Source of the DNA: Candidatus Kerfeldbacteria bacterium CG08_land_8_20_14_0_20_40_16
Lineage (GTDB): Bacteria; Patescibacteriota; Patescibacteriia; UM-FILTER-42-10
Assembly (NCBI GenBank): GCA_002774635.1
Contig: PEXU01000056.1
Coordinates: 1 to 46,784 of the forward strand
DNA: 46,784 nt
Reading direction: 5' to 3'
Each line of letters opens with the position of its first letter. The first letter of the stretch is position 1. Made by a program: the position numbers and the translations under genes. This document shows positions 45,403 through 46,784 of this stretch, in pieces. The notes beneath the pieces were generated by a model, which saw nothing but the letters and a program-made list of their open reading frames with translations, ran no database searches and was not told where the DNA came from.

Positions 45403-46634
45403 ACTCTTTATAGACCGACTAAAAGCTGAGGTAAAACCTCGGCTTTTTGACGTCAAAACCGATATGTGTTTAAATTATGTAACGTCCATTCTAGTATAGA
45501 ATTGATCTTTCACAACAAAAAGAAATAAAACGGAGGCAAATGATGAGTTACAGACAACGAGAAAGAGAGAGACATAAATTAAAAATAAAGTACTTTGACT
45601 ACTTGCATTATACAGCAACAAGGGTTGATCCGTATGTCAAAGAATTTCTGCGAAGCCACTTTAAATTATACCCCTTGGCAGCAGAAATGTTTCTCTCTAA
45701 GTACCGGTTTGGCAATCCTCAACTAAGACCCGCCCTAGTAAGACTTGCTTACGAATTAGTAGGAGGTAACGATTGGGAAAAAATCATTCCCGTCTGCGCT
45801 GCAATTGAAGTCGAGGAAACGGCTTACTACTGCTTGGATGACTTCTTTGACCAAGAACCAACTAGCAAAAAAGACAGAGATCGGCTAATACTACAGGCTG
45901 TTGGTTTCTACTCAATTGCTCATGACATGACCCGTGCCATAAGACATTGTCTTTCGGATGAATATTTCTGGCGCATCCTTGAAGAAATGTCTAATCTCGA
46001 TGCCAATACCCTTCAAGCGGGAATCATTGACTCGGTAATGCATGGGACTGATGAACAGTTCTACATGGGCAAGGTCGAGGGATACAATTTTTGGGAACAG
46101 GCTTTGAAAATCGGCGGCCTTCTTAGAGAAAGTGCTAACCCAAATATTGAATTACTCGGTAAAATTGGCAAAAAAATCGGCATGGCTCACATTCTTTCCA
46201 ATGATTGCTGGGATTTTGGAAAAGATTTGGAAGATTTCCGTCAAGGAAAATCCACTCTACCCATCATTTTTGCCCTTAACAACGCATCGGGTCAAGACCG
46301 GGAAGCTCTAACAGCTCTACTAGGCCGTAAAGATTTGTCGGCACAAGAAATAGATGTTGTAAGAAGCATTATGGTCCGATGTGGGGCAATCGAACAAGGA
46401 AGAAAAAAAGCTCTTGAGCTGTGCGCTGACGCCATTGAGCTTCTGCATCAATTCCCCGACTCTGAAGCAAGACAGTTGATAGAATTCTCTACAACTTATA
46501 CGCAACGAAACAAGTATTATAAGTTGCTGAATCGATACAAACAACAGAGTCCCTAGCATCCCCTATGACAATCGTCACTAGGGGATATTTTTTACAGCTA
46601 GATACGGCATAGTGGATAAAATCATTCAATAAAC
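45403..46634. mobile_element. Islet bounded by a 33-bp duplication of the clpP 3' end
   Basis: ATACGGCATAGTGGATAAAAT(T/C)ATTCAATAAAC at 45370-45402 and 46602-46634. Confidence 0.7.
45540..46556 (+). CDS. Polyprenyl synthetase (trans-isoprenyl diphosphate synthase fold) family protein, atypical motifs
   Basis: LRPALV, AAIE, LDDFFD, IG.A....ND..D, EDFRQGK.TLP. Confidence 0.82.
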   Translation: MMSYRQRERERHKLKIKYFDYLHYTATRVDPYVKEFLRSHFKLYPLAAEMFLSKYRFGNPQLRPALVRLAYELVGGNDWEKIIPVCAAIEVEETAYYCLDDFFDQEPTSKKDRDRLILQAVGFYSIAHDMTRAIRHCLSDEYFWRILEEMSNLDANTLQAGIIDSVMHGTDEQFYMGKVEGYNFWEQALKIGGLLRESANPNIELLGKIGKKIGMAHILSNDCWDFGKDLEDFRQGKSTLPIIFALNNASGQDREALTALLGRKDLSAQEIDVVRSIMVRCGAIEQGRKKALELCADAIELLHQFPDSEARQLIEFSTTYTQRNKYYKLLNRYKQQSP

Positions 46635-46784
46635 TGGAGATTTGAAACAAAATCGGGATCCTTTCCCGGTTTTTTTACCCTAGATTATGAATGGTACTAT
46701 ACAAGGCCACATACATCTTGGACTCTTTTAGATCCAAGAAGCTATGCAGATAATTAGATTAAGCTATCAAGTAAGAGGTTTTGT

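Overview
A 46.8 kb AT-rich bacterial chromosome segment. Its gene content suggests Patescibacteria/CPR (Parcubacteria-like), though this is an inference. It carries housekeeping genes (rplS, RluA-family synthase, queA, ruvB, tsaD, tsaE, valS, infB, rbfA, nrnA, clpP, PilB-type ATPase), a surface-glycan/cell-wall cluster, five intact tRNAs (Lys-CTT, Leu-GAG, Val-TAC, Ala-TGC, Glu-TTC) and several single-gene accessory cassettes. The most striking signal is a recurring tRNA-centred architecture. Four of the five intact tRNAs are preceded by a broken 5' tRNA copy, usually with a different acceptor stem, interrupted by short GC-rich palindromes at recurring tRNA positions. At two loci (Lys, Glu) a small stand-alone GIY-YIG nuclease ORF sits between the broken and intact copies. 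At the Lys locus a second tRNA-Lys is split around the whole cassette. The same palindrome families occur inside valS and tsaD, a REP-like palindrome lies inside queA, and further copies sit between genes. Together these suggest a GIY-YIG-linked mobile palindrome/tRNA-homing system. Other findings: a ~450 nt promoter- and terminator-bounded structured RNA candidate, two smaller ncRNA candidates, a probable remote DGR target gene, an ASCH-like domain inserted in ValRS, islets bounded by clpP and tRNA 3'-end duplications, and an unannotated 32-aa K/R-rich peptide.
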